A stretch of DNA of 64,000 nt from Takakia lepidozioides (GCA_030704615.1 CM060732.1:25606001-25670000); one strand, 5' to 3'; counted from the stretch's first letter, positions 1-12,989 are shown. The notes: generated by a model not told the origin, from the sequence alone. Made by a program: numbers and translations.

Positions 1-244
1 CCATGAGACAGCATCTTGTTGAGCCATATTGTCAAACACTTGACGCGCATCCTTTAGGCTGGCACACTTTGCATACATGTCCACAAAGGCAGTCTCGAGA
101 ATGAAATATGGTATAATCCCAGCTTTGATGATGTCAGCATGTACCTTTTTGCTCTTTCCTAGGGTTCCCAAGCTGGCACATGCATTGACAAGGCCATTGA
201 ACGTGACCATGTCAGGCATCACCCCCTCCGCTTGCATTTGCTCA
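1..244 (-). pseudogene. PLS-class PPR fragment running off the left edge of the window
   Basis: Minus frame reads EQMQAEGVMPDMVTFNGLVNACASLG...VDMYAKCASLKDARQVFDNMAQQDAVSW (P-L-S motifs). It is joined directly after the E1 motif of the neighbouring PPR. Confidence 0.75.
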
Positions 245-2772
245 TCACATCTCCACATTGCCATGGATTCTGCAGGCACCAAGCAAGGTCTTCCACACCA
301 CAACATCTGGATTGATTGGCATCTTATTAATCAGATCCACTGCCTCATCCAGTTGTCCTGCACGCCCAAGAAGGTCCACCTTACAGCCAAAGTGCTTTAT
401 TGTCGGAGTGACACCATGATCTTGACTCAGATAATGAAAGTAGCATCTTCCTTCATTCAGTAGGCCAGTGTGGCTCCATGCAGAGAGAACACATATATTC
501 AAGCCGTTCTTTTGCATTCCTTCAAATAGTTGCAGGACCTCCCTATGACAACCATGTTGGGCATATCTTGCGATCATCGCGTTCCACGACACCACATTTT
601 GTTCAGCCATATTGTCGAACACTCCCTCCGCATCCTTGATGCACGCACATTTTGCATACATGTCCACAAGGGTATTGTTCATAATCACATCTGGTACAAT
701 TCTAGCTTTGGCGATGCAACCATGCACCTCTTTGCCCTTTTCCAGGGCTGCTAGGCTTGCACACGCACTGCAAACGCACACAAACGCGATGTGGTTGCGC
801 TTCACCCCTTCCACCATCATTTGCTCATAGGTCTCCAAGGCCTCCATCCCGCCCCCCTGCAGTGCATACCCTGCAAGCATGGCGTTCCATGACACCAAAT
901 CTCGTTCAGCCATATTGTTGAACACTCCCTCCACGTCCTCAATGCCCACATTTGACATATATGTCCCCAAGGCTGTTGTTCAAAATCACATCTGGTACAA
1001 TTCCAGCTTTGACGATGCAACCATGGACCTCTTTGCCCTTTTCCAGGGCTGCCAGGCTTGCACAAGCATTGCAAACGCACACAAATGTGATGTTGTTGCG
1101 CTTCACCCCTTCCCCCATCATTTGCTCATAGGTCTCCAAGGCCTCCATCCCGTGCCCCGCTGTGCATATCCTGCAAGCATGGCGTTCCATGACACCAATC
1201 TCGTTCAGCCATATTGCGAACACTCCCTCCACATTTGGCATACATGTCCACAGGGTATTATTCAGAATCACATCTAGTACATTTTCAGCTTTGACGATGC
1301 GACCATGGACCTCTTTGCCCTTTTCCACGGCTGCCAGGCTTGCACACGCACTGCAGACGCACACAAATGTTATGTGGTTGGGCTTCACCCCTTCCTCCAT
1401 CATTTGCTTGTAGGTATCCACAACCTCCATCCCGCGCCCCAGCTATGCATATCCTGCAAGCATGGCATTCCATGACACCACATCTTGTTCAGCCATATTG
1501 TTGAACACTCCCTCGGCACCCTCAATGCTCCCACAATTGGCATACATGTCCACGAGGGCATTGTTCAGAATGACATCTGGTACAATTCCAGCTTTCGCGA
1601 TGCAACCATGCACCTCTTTGCACATGCATTGCAAATGCACACAAACGTGATGTGGTTGGGTTTCACCCCTTCCCACATCATTTGATCATAGGTCTCCAAA
1701 GCCACAATCCCCCCTCGTGTGCCATGACACCACCATCTTGTTCAGCCATAGCGTTGAAAACTGCCTTCGCATCCTCAATGCTCCCACATTTGACATACAT
1801 GTCCACCAGGGCAGTGTTCAGAATGACATTGGGTACAATTCCAGCTCTGACAATGTCGCCATGGGCCTCTTTCCCCTTTTCCAGAGCTGCCAGGCTTGCA
1901 CACGCATTGCAAACGCACACAAACGTGATGTGGTCGGGCTTCACCCCTTCCCCCATCATTTTCTCATAGGTCTCCAAAGCCTCCATCCCACGTCCCTGCT
2001 GTGCATACCTTGCAATCATCGTGCTCCATAACACCACATCTCGTTCAGCCATATTGTTGAAAACTGCCTTTGCATCCTTAATGCACTTACATTTGGCATA
2101 CATGTCCACCAGGGCAGTGTTCAGAATGACATCTGGTACAATTCCAGCTTTCACGATGTCACCATGGGCCTCTTTCCCATTTTCCAGGGCTCCCAGGCTT
2201 GCACACGCATTGCAAACACAAACGAACGTGATGTGCAACATTTGCTCATAGGTCTCCAAAGCATTCCTACCACACCCATGCTTGGTAAATCCTGCCAACA
2301 TTATATTCCACGTGATCAAAGATGGTCGAGGCATTCTGCTGAACACTTGGTGAGCATCCATGATGCTCCCACACTTAACATACATGTTGACAAGGGTGTT
2401 GAGGAGAAAAACACTTGGCATGAATCCACTTTGGATAATCTGAGTGTGCACCTGCTTTCCACCTTCCAGACCTTTCATCTTGATGCACCTGCTTTCAGAG
2501 ACAGACAAACGTATTTGAATCTGCTAAAATACCTCCTACATTTGGCATACATGTTGAAAACTCCCTTCGCATCCTCAATGCACCCACATTTGGCATACAT
2601 GTCCACCAGGGCAGTGTTCAGAATGATATCTGGTACAATTCCAGCTTTCGCGATGCAACCATGCACCTCTTAGCCCTTTTCCAGGGCTGCCAGGCTTGCA
2701 CATGTATTGCAAATGCACACAAACGTGATGGGGTTGGGCTTCACCCCTTCCCCCATCATTTGATCATAGGTC
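245..2772 (-). pseudogene. Degenerate, internally duplicated PLS-E pentatricopeptide repeat (RNA-editing factor type) array
   Basis: Repeated P (DVVSWNAMLAGYA), L (PNHITFVCVCNACASL) and S (NTALVDMYAKCG) motifs lie in several frames with frameshifts. The array ends in L2-S2-E1 (LSAWSHTGLLNEG...VDLLGRAGQLDEA...PDVVVWKTLLGACRIHGN). Confidence 0.9.
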
Positions 2773-2780
2773 TGGAGGAG

Positions 2781-3132
2781 TTTTGGTCCCTGGATCTGAA
2801 TAGCAACAGCACACGAGGAGTAATGTTGGCTGATGAGATGGGGTTGGGAAAGACAATTTCAGTGTTTGCATTTCTCTCATTTCTCTATTGTGAGTTGAAG
2901 GCAAGGGCTCCTTGTCTGGTACTTGTTCATCTCTCCACCATGCCTAACTGGCTGGCAGAGTTATATGGGCCCATTTTCTGAATGTGATTGAGTACCATGG
3001 AAGCGCTAGGGCAAGAGCTATGATTCATGAGTTTGAATGGCATGTCACACCCCCTGCTGGCTCTGGTCACCATGGCAAACAAATAAGCAGATTCTAGCCA
3101 GCTTCAAGCAATGCCCTGGGAAGTCCTGATAG
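2781..3132 (+). pseudogene. Fragment of a CHD3/SNF2-family chromatin remodelling ATPase (CHR4/PKR-like)
   Basis: Reads GVMLADEMGLGKT (Walker A), CLVLVHLSTMPNWLAE, LNVIEYHGSARARAMIHEFEW and LQAMPWEVLI. Frameshifted, with internal deletions. Confidence 0.75.
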
Positions 3133-3359
3133 GATCCATTCCATCTTTTTGAAAAAACCTGGCGTCCTAACAACTATTTTCATTATAATCTTTGTAAGAA
3201 TCAGGACAGCACTCTGATTTCCATCCACTGTCACCAGAATCAGTCAAAAATCACCCCTTCAGTCAAGTGCAATTATGGGCTGACTTCCTACCTATGCCGG
3301 GTAGACCCCACTATCATTTCCTGTGGATATGCCACAGGAAATGCACTCAACGGTACATG

Positions 3360-3438
3360 ATGGCCAACAATCTTTCGGATGAATTTGGTGGAGGTCTGGC
3401 AGTCACCACACACTCGAAGATTCTTGATGAGACAGAGA
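3360..3438 (-). pseudogene. DYW deaminase domain fragment of a PPR editing factor
   Basis: Minus frame reads LIKNLRVCGDCQTSTKFIRKIVG, matching the DYW KNLRVCxDCH signature. It abuts the CACTA terminus at 3439. Not in the ORF track. Confidence 0.85.
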
Positions 3439-3879
3439 CACTACTACGTTTAGGGGAGGTTAGCAACGTCGGGACCCCGAGCGGGCCAGACGCGACGACC
3501 CTCCTGCGACTGCTGCGCCGCGTAGGCGCCCGGCCCGAAATTTGCGACGTCCGCGCGTCGCCGCCGTGCCGCTCCGGTGACGCTTCGCCAGCTTGCGATT
3601 CCACTATGTCGCTGCAGTTGGGGCATGACCCACCAGCAAGCTAGGGGTTGCGACGCCCAGGCGTCGCACGTACCCTCTGCGACGCTCTCACAAGGCTGCG
3701 ACTCCCGGGAATCGCAACAACACCCCCTCACACTTAGGCGCGTGGGGAGGGCCGAGCCAGCTCGCGCTGGGGTTTGCAACGTCCCGACGTCGCAGAAATG
3801 CCACAATGGCAACGTTGCGATTCCCCGCAGTCGCAGGCCTGCTGGGGCGTCGCAAGTGCCCTCTTGCCTGGGGGTCTAG

Positions 3880-6800
3880 GATTGGGGATTGCAGCTACGT
3901 AATAATTTTTTTTTTGCTGTGTTTTGTTCTGTGAATTCGACCCTTGCACCACTACATCCGTGCAAACTATTGGACCAAAAAAATAAAAAAAATAAAAAAA
4001 TGTTTTCTTTGTTCACTATTGCAGAACTCTCTATGAATAGTGCATGAAGCTGAAGACAACTCAACTTTGGAGTGCAAATGAGGGAAGAAAATATGGTTTT
4101 GGGGCCAAATGGTTTTTATTCACTCTCAAATTTTTCACGCACATTGCATATGCTGTCATTAAGCATATGGTTTAAGAACGGAATAAAAATAAAATCATGT
4201 GCAAACGAAATGCAGTTTTTCGTCTCTAAAACACGTAGATGTGTTCAATACTTGAATGACCTATTGAATGAACTTGGTTCAAGCTCATATTTAGTCCATA
4301 CGCGCTTAAGTATGTCAAAATCACATATGCAAAGTCTCACAAGATAAGCAACATTAAGAAATATGCTCATCAACAATGCATGAACTTGAAGAGAACTCAA
4401 CCTTGGAGTGCAAATGAGGGAAGAAAATATGGTTTTGGGTGCAGATGATGTCTGTTCATTGCCAAATTTTGCATGCACATTGCACATGTTGTCATTAAGC
4501 ATATGGTTTAAGAATGGAATAAATTTATTTCCTCAACAGACTCTGGAATGTAAAGACGCTGCAAGCTTTTCCCGTGATACAACAAAGACGAAAATGGATT
4601 TGGAAAACTAGGAAGTTTTGGCACTGAGTTGTTTTCTGAATTGACAGAGACATTGGTTGGAGATGGAATTCATGGAGAATGCTTGCATTGTTTTTTTGCA
4701 CTGTCTCCATAGAAGGCCAACGATCGTTGAAGCTTTTAATTGCGTAATAATTGATGAAGATGTACAACAAGTAGAAGCAGATACTGATATTATCACCCAG
4801 ATGAGGAACTGAAGCAGATCATTCTTGTTGGAGATCACTCGGTGTATAAAGCTTTGGCCTTATTTCAAAATCAACATCAAATCAAACTTCAAATCAACAA
4901 ATCATCAAATCAAATCATGAATACAATACAATTGCATGTCGTTGCACTCCAATTGCACGTCGTTGCCTTTGTGGGAGTTGTTTGACATAATCACATAAGT
5001 CGTAGCAGACATCCACTGTCAGGAGACAACGTTGACATCTAGATACATCATTAGAATGGTTGGAGAAGGAAGAGAATGCTTGCATTGTTTTTTTTGCACT
5101 GTCTCCATAGAAGGCCAACGATCGTTGAAGCTTTTAATTGCGTAATAATTGATGAAGATGCACAACAAGTAGAAGGAGAGACTGATATTATCACCCAGAT
5201 GAAGGAACTGAAGCAGATCATTCTTGTTGGAGATCACTCGGTGTATAAAGCTCTGGCCTTGTTTCAAAATCAACATCAAATCAAATCATGAATACAATAC
5301 AATTGCACATCGTTGCACTCCAGTTGCACGTCGTTGCCTTTGTGGGAGTTGTTTGACATAATCACCTAAGTCGTAGCAGGCATCCATTGTGAGGAGACAA
5401 CGTTGACATCTAGATACATCAGATAACTTCTACAAAACCTCGGTGAGACTTATCTCGAATGACATGATCCCCACCCATAAAGTGGTGTGTGCTTTGAACT
5501 GACAACCCTTTCGAAGTTTGGAAGGATCTAATAGACCTGTCAAATCACATGATTCTTTTTTTTCCCATTCTCAAGCCATATGCTTAATGACTCAATGTGC
5601 AATGTGCGTGCAAAATTTGGCAGTGAACAAAAGTCATCTGGACCCAAAACCATATTTTCCTCCATCATTTGCTCTCCAAGGTTGAGTTTTCTTAAACTTC
5701 ATGCAGGGCCTACGACGTCAGGGTGAATATTTCTTCTTGATGCTCGTCATTTGCAACTTTGCATATGTGATCTGAACATACTTAAGCACATGTGGACCAA
5801 ATATGAGCTTGAACCAAGTTCAGTCAATGGGTCATTTGAGATTTCAACGAAACTATGTGTCGTGGAGACTAAATATTGAAAAGCTTTGGACTCAATCACA
5901 CACATCCCTGGAAATTAACAATCTGGAATATCTGGTTTGACAGTATTAGTCTATCAAGTACTTGACTCTTAGGTGGAACTAAACTCTTTGGCGATTGAAA
6001 CTAAAATTAAGGTTTTTACTTCCCACCCACCTGGACTAGAGGTAAGCTAAGAAAAACTAGACTCTAGTCCACTTTCAAGCCATATGTTTAATGACAACAT
6101 ATGCAATGTACGGGCAAAAATTGGGAGTAAACAAAAGTCATCTGGACCCAAAACCATATTTTCGTCCCTCATTTGTACTCCAAAGTTAAGTTCTCTACAA
6201 CTTCATGCACTCTTCATAGAGAATCTAAAAAAATGAGCAAAGTTTTTTTTTGGTCCAATATTTTGCACAGATGTAGTGGTGCAAGGGTTGAATACAAAAT
6301 TTAAAAAAAAAAAAAAAACAAAAATCATTACGTACCAGAAATCCCCAATCCTAGACCCCCAGGCTAGAGGGTACTGCGACGTCCCAGCGACGTGCGGGAG
6401 TCGCAACGTCACCATTTCCCCTTGCGGAGCTATGCGGGGTATTGCGATGTCATGTCGTCGCTGGATGGCCTAGCGACGCTCTAGCAGGGCAGCGACGTTG
6501 GGGAGTCGCAATGATGCCATTTCCCCCTTGGCCGCCACGTGGCGAGGGCACACCACCTCGCGGGGGTTGCGACTGCTAGAAGTCGTCCGTCAACGGTAAT
6601 GCGACGGGACGGCGACGTCCAGGAGTCGCAGAAAGGCCATGTTTAGTGTCTCTTTGCAAAGATCATGGCAGATGCCAGGGTCAATTGATCCCCTTCTTCC
6701 CATCTTTATAGTGCTCATTCTCTCTTGTTGGTGCCGATCCCAGCAAACTTGACGGCCGCCGCCACATCTTCTTCCTCATCCTCTCAGGTGGGATGATGAT

Positions 6801-7140
6801 TTTTTGCACATGCACATGATTTTGTTTTATTCCGTTCCCAAGCCATATGCTTAATGACAGCGTTTGCAATGCGTGTGCAAATTTTGGGAGTGAACAAAAA
6901 TCATTTGGACTAAAAACCATATTTTCTTCCCTCATTTGCACTCCCAAGTTGAGTTCTTTTCAACTTCATGCACTCTCCATAGAGAGTTCCGCAATAGTGA
7001 GTGGAGGAAACTCTTTGTTTTATTTTATTTTTGTTTGGTCCAATTTTTTCCATAGATGTAGTGGTCTGGGGTTTGCATTCACAGAACAAAATAGAGCTAA
7101 AACAAAAATCATCGCGTAGGAAAAATCCGCAATCATAGAT
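3880..7140. repeat. Nested direct and inverted copies of a 150-300 bp AT-rich module inside the CACTA
   Basis: ggagtgcaaatgagggaagaaaatatggttttgg occurs at about 4070 and 4405 (+), and as reverse complement at about 5645, 6150 and 6910. Segment 3880-4200 is inverted relative to 6070-6365 and 6810-7140. Confidence 0.8.
4676..5420 (+). pseudogene. Tandemly duplicated captured fragment of an SF1 (Upf1/Sen1/DNA2-like) helicase
   Basis: Two near-identical units of about 370 bp (4676-5050, 5072-5420) encode AFNCVIIDEDAQQVEGETDII...KQIILVGDH, i.e. Walker B IIDEAxQ plus the LVGDH motif. Confidence 0.7.
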
Positions 7141-7855
7141 ATTGTAAATGCAGGGGGTTGCGACCTCCAGGGGTCGCCTTGCGACGGTATTGCGACGGCA
7201 TTGCGATGCCCCAACAGGTCTGCGACGGCGGGGAATCGCAATATTGCCTTTTCTGTGTCTTTGCAAAGGTCATGGCAGAGGCCAAGCTGAATGGATCTGG
7301 ACATTGTTGCAAATCTTTTTAGTCCTCCTTCTGTGCTACAATATAATAGGTCTATCTTGCATGTGGGAGACCGTGATCAACCCGGGCGGCCTTATTGTTA
7401 AAGACAAAGGGCAAGAAGAGGGGGTGGGGACACTAGGAAAGGAAAATGGAAGGGCCATGGGATTAGAGGGTTGAGGGTAGATTGCTTTGGCAATGGCTTT
7501 GGCAACATTGTTGTCTTTCACACCAATTTTGAAGATTCTTTCTGTTGCATCGAGATCATGGTAACCAAATCGATTGAAGGGTTTCTAGGGGTAAGTCTTG
7601 GTCAGCACTTGTAGAACAAGAACCATGTCTTCCAACATTCTTGCCCTCGTACAAAAACTCAACAATCCTAGAGTCACTTTTCGAGTCACAACTTCACTAA
7701 AATCATTCCTAGATCGCCACACCTACAAAGGATTTTTTTCATTGATTTTTCATTAATCAATCATAGAAATAAGCTACATGCATGTACATGTACAATCAAT
7801 CGAAGGGATGGGTACAGTTATGTGCGAGATTTATTATGTAGCTTTGATTACGTGT

Positions 7856-10800
7856 CTAATCGACTTGAACATCATTATCCGGAGCTTCTTCGTCCTCATC
7901 AAGCTGCAAGTCTTCTTGCTCATCAGAGTCATTGTCATAAATGGCCTGATCACCAAAAGGCACATCTGAATCATCTTCCACCTCGGTTTCAATGACCATG
8001 TCTTCATCTTCTTCTCCAACATCCGCATATGATGGAGCCACATTGTATAGGGTCCGAGATGCATTGTCCGGGGCGTCATCATTCTCTTGTACCCCCTCTA
8101 TCCAACCTCGGCCAACATCAGCATCATCATGACTAGTCTCTTCCTCCTCCGCATTTGCCTCGCCCCATGTAGATCCCCGACCATGATAGATACATCTTCT
8201 TCTTGGCTGAGCATGCACAACCACCTTCCAATTTCCTGATCCGGAGAAGAAAACTTGCTCCATGTCTGAAGGCCATGAAAAAGGCTCATCGGAGGGATGA
8301 TGAGTAGACTCGAGTCTATCTGTATTGACGCGCATGAAACCACACTCGTCTTCCACTATTGTTGCGGATGGCCCCACAAGATGTGGCTGTAACCACCTTG
8401 CCTTGAAGATAAGAGGCTGGTGCCTTGTATACTGAAGTTGGAGTATGCTCTCAAGCTCTCCAAAGTAGTTGAGTGCGCTCATGGTAGGTTGTGTATCTCC
8501 CCTGCCCTACACGGAGTCTTGCCAATATGAGGCACACAAGCCAGAATCAAACGTTGTTTTGCGCTTCATGTCAAGAGCACGAATGCGGAAATGACGACCA
8601 TGAACCCAAACCGCCGTGTATGAGGTCGCAAATTGAGAGGGGCCCCTTGCAATGTCTTGCATCAAATTTGAAACCACCTCACCTTTCGCAATGCTATCCT
8701 CTACTTCAGTCCAAAGCCAATGGCAAAATGAACTTAGAGGCTGCAATTCCATGGGCAATTCTTGCGAAGGCACGTTCCTACGCCGGCCCCTTGCTCGCAG
8801 AGCGCGTGTAGTCGCCCTTGCATGGTTCCGCCTCCACGCAACCGTCTCCTCCTATTGTTGCTGAACAAGGTTATTGTATCTTGCCTCCCATTCATGTATG
8901 GATAGGGTGTTCTTCAGTATGAACTCATGCGCTTGGTTAATCACCATGATGGGTAATTTTACCCTCTTTGAATTTTTGGGCAAAACGATGTCATTGGTTC
9001 GTACATCCTCATCTTCCTTCCACATCGGAGGGGCTTCCTTATCCACCCTTGCCAAGTACTCCATGCAGTAGAACATATCCTCTTGCAATGTATACCCCTC
9101 CACCATGCTACCCTCCGGGTGTGCCATTTGTCTTACATGTGCTTTCAAAGTCTTCATGTATCGCTCAAGGTAGTACATCCATCGAGAATGAACGGGGCCG
9201 GCAATCGAAGCCTCTTTCACTTCACCGGACCCCTCCGGATGGGCCTCCTTCCATCGGTCTTCCCAAAAGTGCCCGGATGGTGTCACAAGTGGGGGACATA
9301 ACTCCACTTTGCCATCAAACAAGTGTTTGTCTCTTCTTCTCCAATGATGGCTCATAGGAAGAAACTTGCGATAGTTGGGATACACTATCTTGCAAAGATT
9401 GCTGGAGCTTTGTGCATCAAGTTCATCGCCACAATGCAGGCATGTGTGGTACCCTTTAGTGCTCAACCCCGAGCAGACAGTAAGTCCTATAGACATTCCG
9501 CCACATTATGAAAGACAAAAAGTTTCCATGTGCATCTACCCCACTACGGTGCAGAAGACTGTCGCCGCTACTTCAATCAATCCCAATCCTCATCAATATC
9601 CCTAGACAGGTAAATGTACGCGGGTTTCTCATGGGGAACATAATATACATGGATAATCATGCATTGTCCAAAGCAAGATGCCTTTCATCTGAAAAGATTG
9701 TCCGGCCATAGGGTCAAGTGAAGCATCCAATGTCGGGACCCCCCTCCATAGCTCCTTCAGTTCATCAATTAGAGGTCGCAAGTACGTGTCCATGTCTTTC
9801 ACTTGTTTTTTCCCTATGAGACATCCACACCATTAATTATTTCAATGCTCCACCATGCTAATTATACTTCATAATGAATGACACATCTTACTACATGATT
9901 ACGTCATTCATCAATCTTCCATCGGAATTGCGCCAAAGAGAAGAAGATTAATGTAAAATCCAAAGTAATAATAAGCATGAAATGTGAACACTCACCCGGT
10001 ACAATGGCAGCCAACATGATATGGCCTTTTTTTATTGAAATATACAGAGGGATGTTGTAATTCACCATGGTCACCGGCCAAGTGGAATGACTACATGACT
10101 GGACAGAGAATGGGTTGACCCCATCCGAGGAGAAGCCGAGGCGGACATGTCGTGGGTCCTCCAAGAGAAAAGGCCACATCTCTTCAGTATGCCTCCATGC
10201 TTGTGAATCTTGTGGCCCGCACACCTTTCCCGGGGGGATTCGATGCGAGGCGTGCCATCTCATCAGTTTTGCCAATAAGGGGCTTCGGTAGTGTGCCTGC
10301 AGTCGCGGGATGATTGGAAAGTAGTGCATTTTCTGGCGCCATCCCCATGTCGGCCCCATATCATAATCAGTGTCATTCATATCTCTAAGTAAAACCTTAC
10401 GTCTTGTAGCGAAGCAAAAAGGTAGAATGCAATATACAAGTGTATTGTGGCGCGGGTATACCTTGCGCGGGGTTTTCTTCCCTTGAACATCATCCCGATA
10501 TCGGTCTTTGTTGCACTTTGGACACTTGGTGAGTTTCGCATCCTCTCCATAGTACAGGGTTTTATCACATGGACATGCATGCAAAATCTTATAGCCCATC
10601 CCCACAGCATCCAAAGCTGCTCTTGCCTCTTTTCTTGATCGTGGCATTCTCGGCTTCAAATGTGGGGCAAAGATGTAGTCCGCAATAGTCCGCATTATGG
10701 CGTACATACCCACATTGTTTATGCCAAACCGGATTTGCAAATTCAGCAACAACAAGATGGTTGAAAGTCTACTCACTTTGGCCCCTTTGTATAAGGGAGT

Positions 10801-11053
10801 TTTGGTTTCTTTTTCTATGTCATTCAAAGAGTCTGTGTCCTCATCTACCATCTGATGCATTAAGAGGTCCTCCATTGCTGCCACATCCTCATGCATAATT
10901 CCATTGTCATTGTTGTCCTCATCATCGGAGACCGCCATTTCAGACGGGGTTAGGTCCCTTTGATACGCACCCCCCTCCGAAGGAACAAAATCCCGGTTCA
11001 TGACAAGATCATGAACTTCATGAATTAACGTTGTGGGGTTGTGGCCGACATCC
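7856..11053 (-). pseudogene. CACTA Tnp2/TnpD transposase (Transposase_21, DUF4218, DUF4216), spliced, with an internal deletion
   Basis: Motifs HACPC..CPKC, HYFPIIPRL, RLGFSSDGVNPF..HSTWPV..NYNIP, DMDTYLRPLIDELKELW, LLWTMHDYP, GPVHSRWMYYLERYMKTLK..PEGSMVEGY, YFGELESILQL and DEPFSWPSDMEQVFF. GT-AG introns are visible. The middle of the core is missing near 9205. Confidence 0.92.
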
Positions 11054-11366
11054 TAAGATGCCAAAAACAACCATGTCATTATCAGTTTCCATACATGGCG
11101 TTGTTCATTATCATACAGGATAAAACCCAAAGTACACATTATACACACGAGGGGAATACATACATTGCTTCACCACATGAATGAGACACTATATAATTCA
11201 AAATACCCAAATTAACATATAACGTCCACCCAAACTCCCTTGAATATAGCATGAAAAACTGCATCCAAATACACATCAATGCCTATGTATATATATACAC
11301 GGTGGAGGAAGCCACCTCAATGTACAAAATGTCTTCCTATGTCCATCTACACATGATGAAAGTCGG

Positions 11367-12380
11367 CTAACGCCTAAAGTCATACTCTGCAAACAACTCC
11401 TCTCCAGCCCTAATAGTCCTCATTGCACATGTCATCACAAAAGTGGTGATGTTAGGGTCCAATCTACTATCCCCGTCATGGCGCTCATCCCAAAACACGT
11501 TGGTGGTGTGGCCCGGCAGTAAGGTAACTGAACTGTTGATGAGCCCAGCCACGTTGCCGTACACATCGGGGTTTCCGTCACAATAAATATGGGCTTTGCG
11601 GCCCAAATTTCTCGCCCTTACATCATTGTCGTTCACAACAAGGATGTAAGGATGGATCAAGGACCCAAGGTTGTGTGTCTGCAATAATTGCCACTCCCGG
11701 TGGGTGTACCTCGGCCCAAAATAGGGGAACAAATCCACAGAATCCTCTCCTCCCCCCAAAACTACATCCTCCATAAAAAAAAGTCCGCGACCCATACTAG
11801 GGTCCATTGCCTCCATCACACAATACATGTGACCCCAAAAAAGAAAGGGCTCACCCTCGGGAATCAGAACTGGACAAGGCACAAGACATTGGTAGAAATG
11901 GGGTTGGACTCCCATCGTGAATAGCTCCCTAGCACGATGACGTATGGTGCCGTCATCAGGCCGGCGAAGGCGCGGACCAACCGTGTGAAACAACTTCGGT
12001 CCACCTCTCCTAGGGGGCGGCGCCCGTCCATCACTTTGGGGGCCCTTCTCCCGGAGTGGGAACCTAGTGATCCATCAGTCCCAGTCATACACAGTCCCCA
12101 AAGGTGGTGGGATCCATCCAGGTTCTGCCGGAGGACTCGGTGGCGGCTGTGGTCTCGACAATGGAGGGGAAAGGACACGTAGGTTGGTATGAGGGATCTC
12201 GCATGGAGGTAGTATTGGCCGAGATGGCCGGGATGGCGATGGTGATGAGGAAAGAACATGTAGAATAGGAGGAACGGATGATGCGGATGATGGTGATGAT
12301 GGGGGTGCCGATGTCGAGGATGTCGAATGTGTGTGCGTAGGTGACAAGCGCCTAGCCCAGTGCCCAAAATAGAAAAACAC
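11367..12380 (-). CDS. SET-domain (lysine methyltransferase fold) protein inside the CACTA element, with a Pro/Ser-rich N-terminal region and one in-frame TGA at 12075-12077
   Basis: ORFs 12075..12380 and 11367..11993 share one frame. The C-terminal ~145 aa carry MGRGLF, PYFG, DG..GNVAGLINSS and AMRTIRAGEELFAEY, corresponding to SET motifs GxG, EYxG, RFINHS and ELxxDY. Confidence 0.8.
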
Positions 12381-12397
12381 GCATCGTACCCCGCTAC

Positions 12398-12989
12398 CTC
12401 ACAAACTGCATCTACGTCATGTTGCGAGAAAAAAATGTTCACATCCGGAACGGGGTGGGGCTCGTAAGAAGGAAGAAACCCGCATCGGTATGCCTCTTCA
12501 GCAAAAAAATTGTGAGCTTGGACAATAAGACGGGGCTGCAAGATGCATGATATGAAATGCATCAATATTCAATTCACAAACGCGAGGTTTCATTAGATAT
12601 AGTACTTTTAATTGAGGAGTACGTGAGAAGATATATGGACGACTTACATTTGCTGCATCAGCAATCTCGTACTTGGCGTAATGTTTTTGCACAACATGGG
12701 GTCGCCGCATCATCGGTGTGGTCCTCCCAACCGGTAGTCGTGCCCAACACCAACTACACCAACACTCAATCTTGGGGAGGCAGTCCTGGCGGGGTCTCCC
12801 CGGGGCTCGTGCCTCTGGACTTGGCGGCCTACGACCTCGGGGTGGTGGCCGTGGGGGCAAAGCTGTGCGGACATGGCGATGCTGCCTGACTCGTAGACGA
12901 GGCGAACGTGTTGTCTCGCCCTCAGCAGGTGGTTGTGGCACAGCCGACAACGAATCCTCAAGCGTGACATGTCGATAAACACGCGGCAT
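12398..12989 (-). CDS. 5' exons of CACTA gene 1 with a transposase-associated CxCxxC...H domain
   Basis: ATG at 12989. Reads KIECWCSWC...HVVQKHY. A GTAAGT donor near 12645 and a TTGCAG acceptor near 12540 lead into a second exon PRLIVQAH...GFLPSY. Confidence 0.55.

Noticed and set aside
77-2981. Plus-strand ORFs over the PPR array, and GC-rich ORFs at 3267-3950, 13200-14900 and 19650-20430
   Set aside because: These are antisense shadows of PPR repeats or open frames in low-complexity and subterminal repeats.
11864-12565. 233 aa His-rich ORF as a metal-binding protein
   Set aside because: The His run is an alternative frame of the Ser/Pro-rich region that is in frame with the SET domain.
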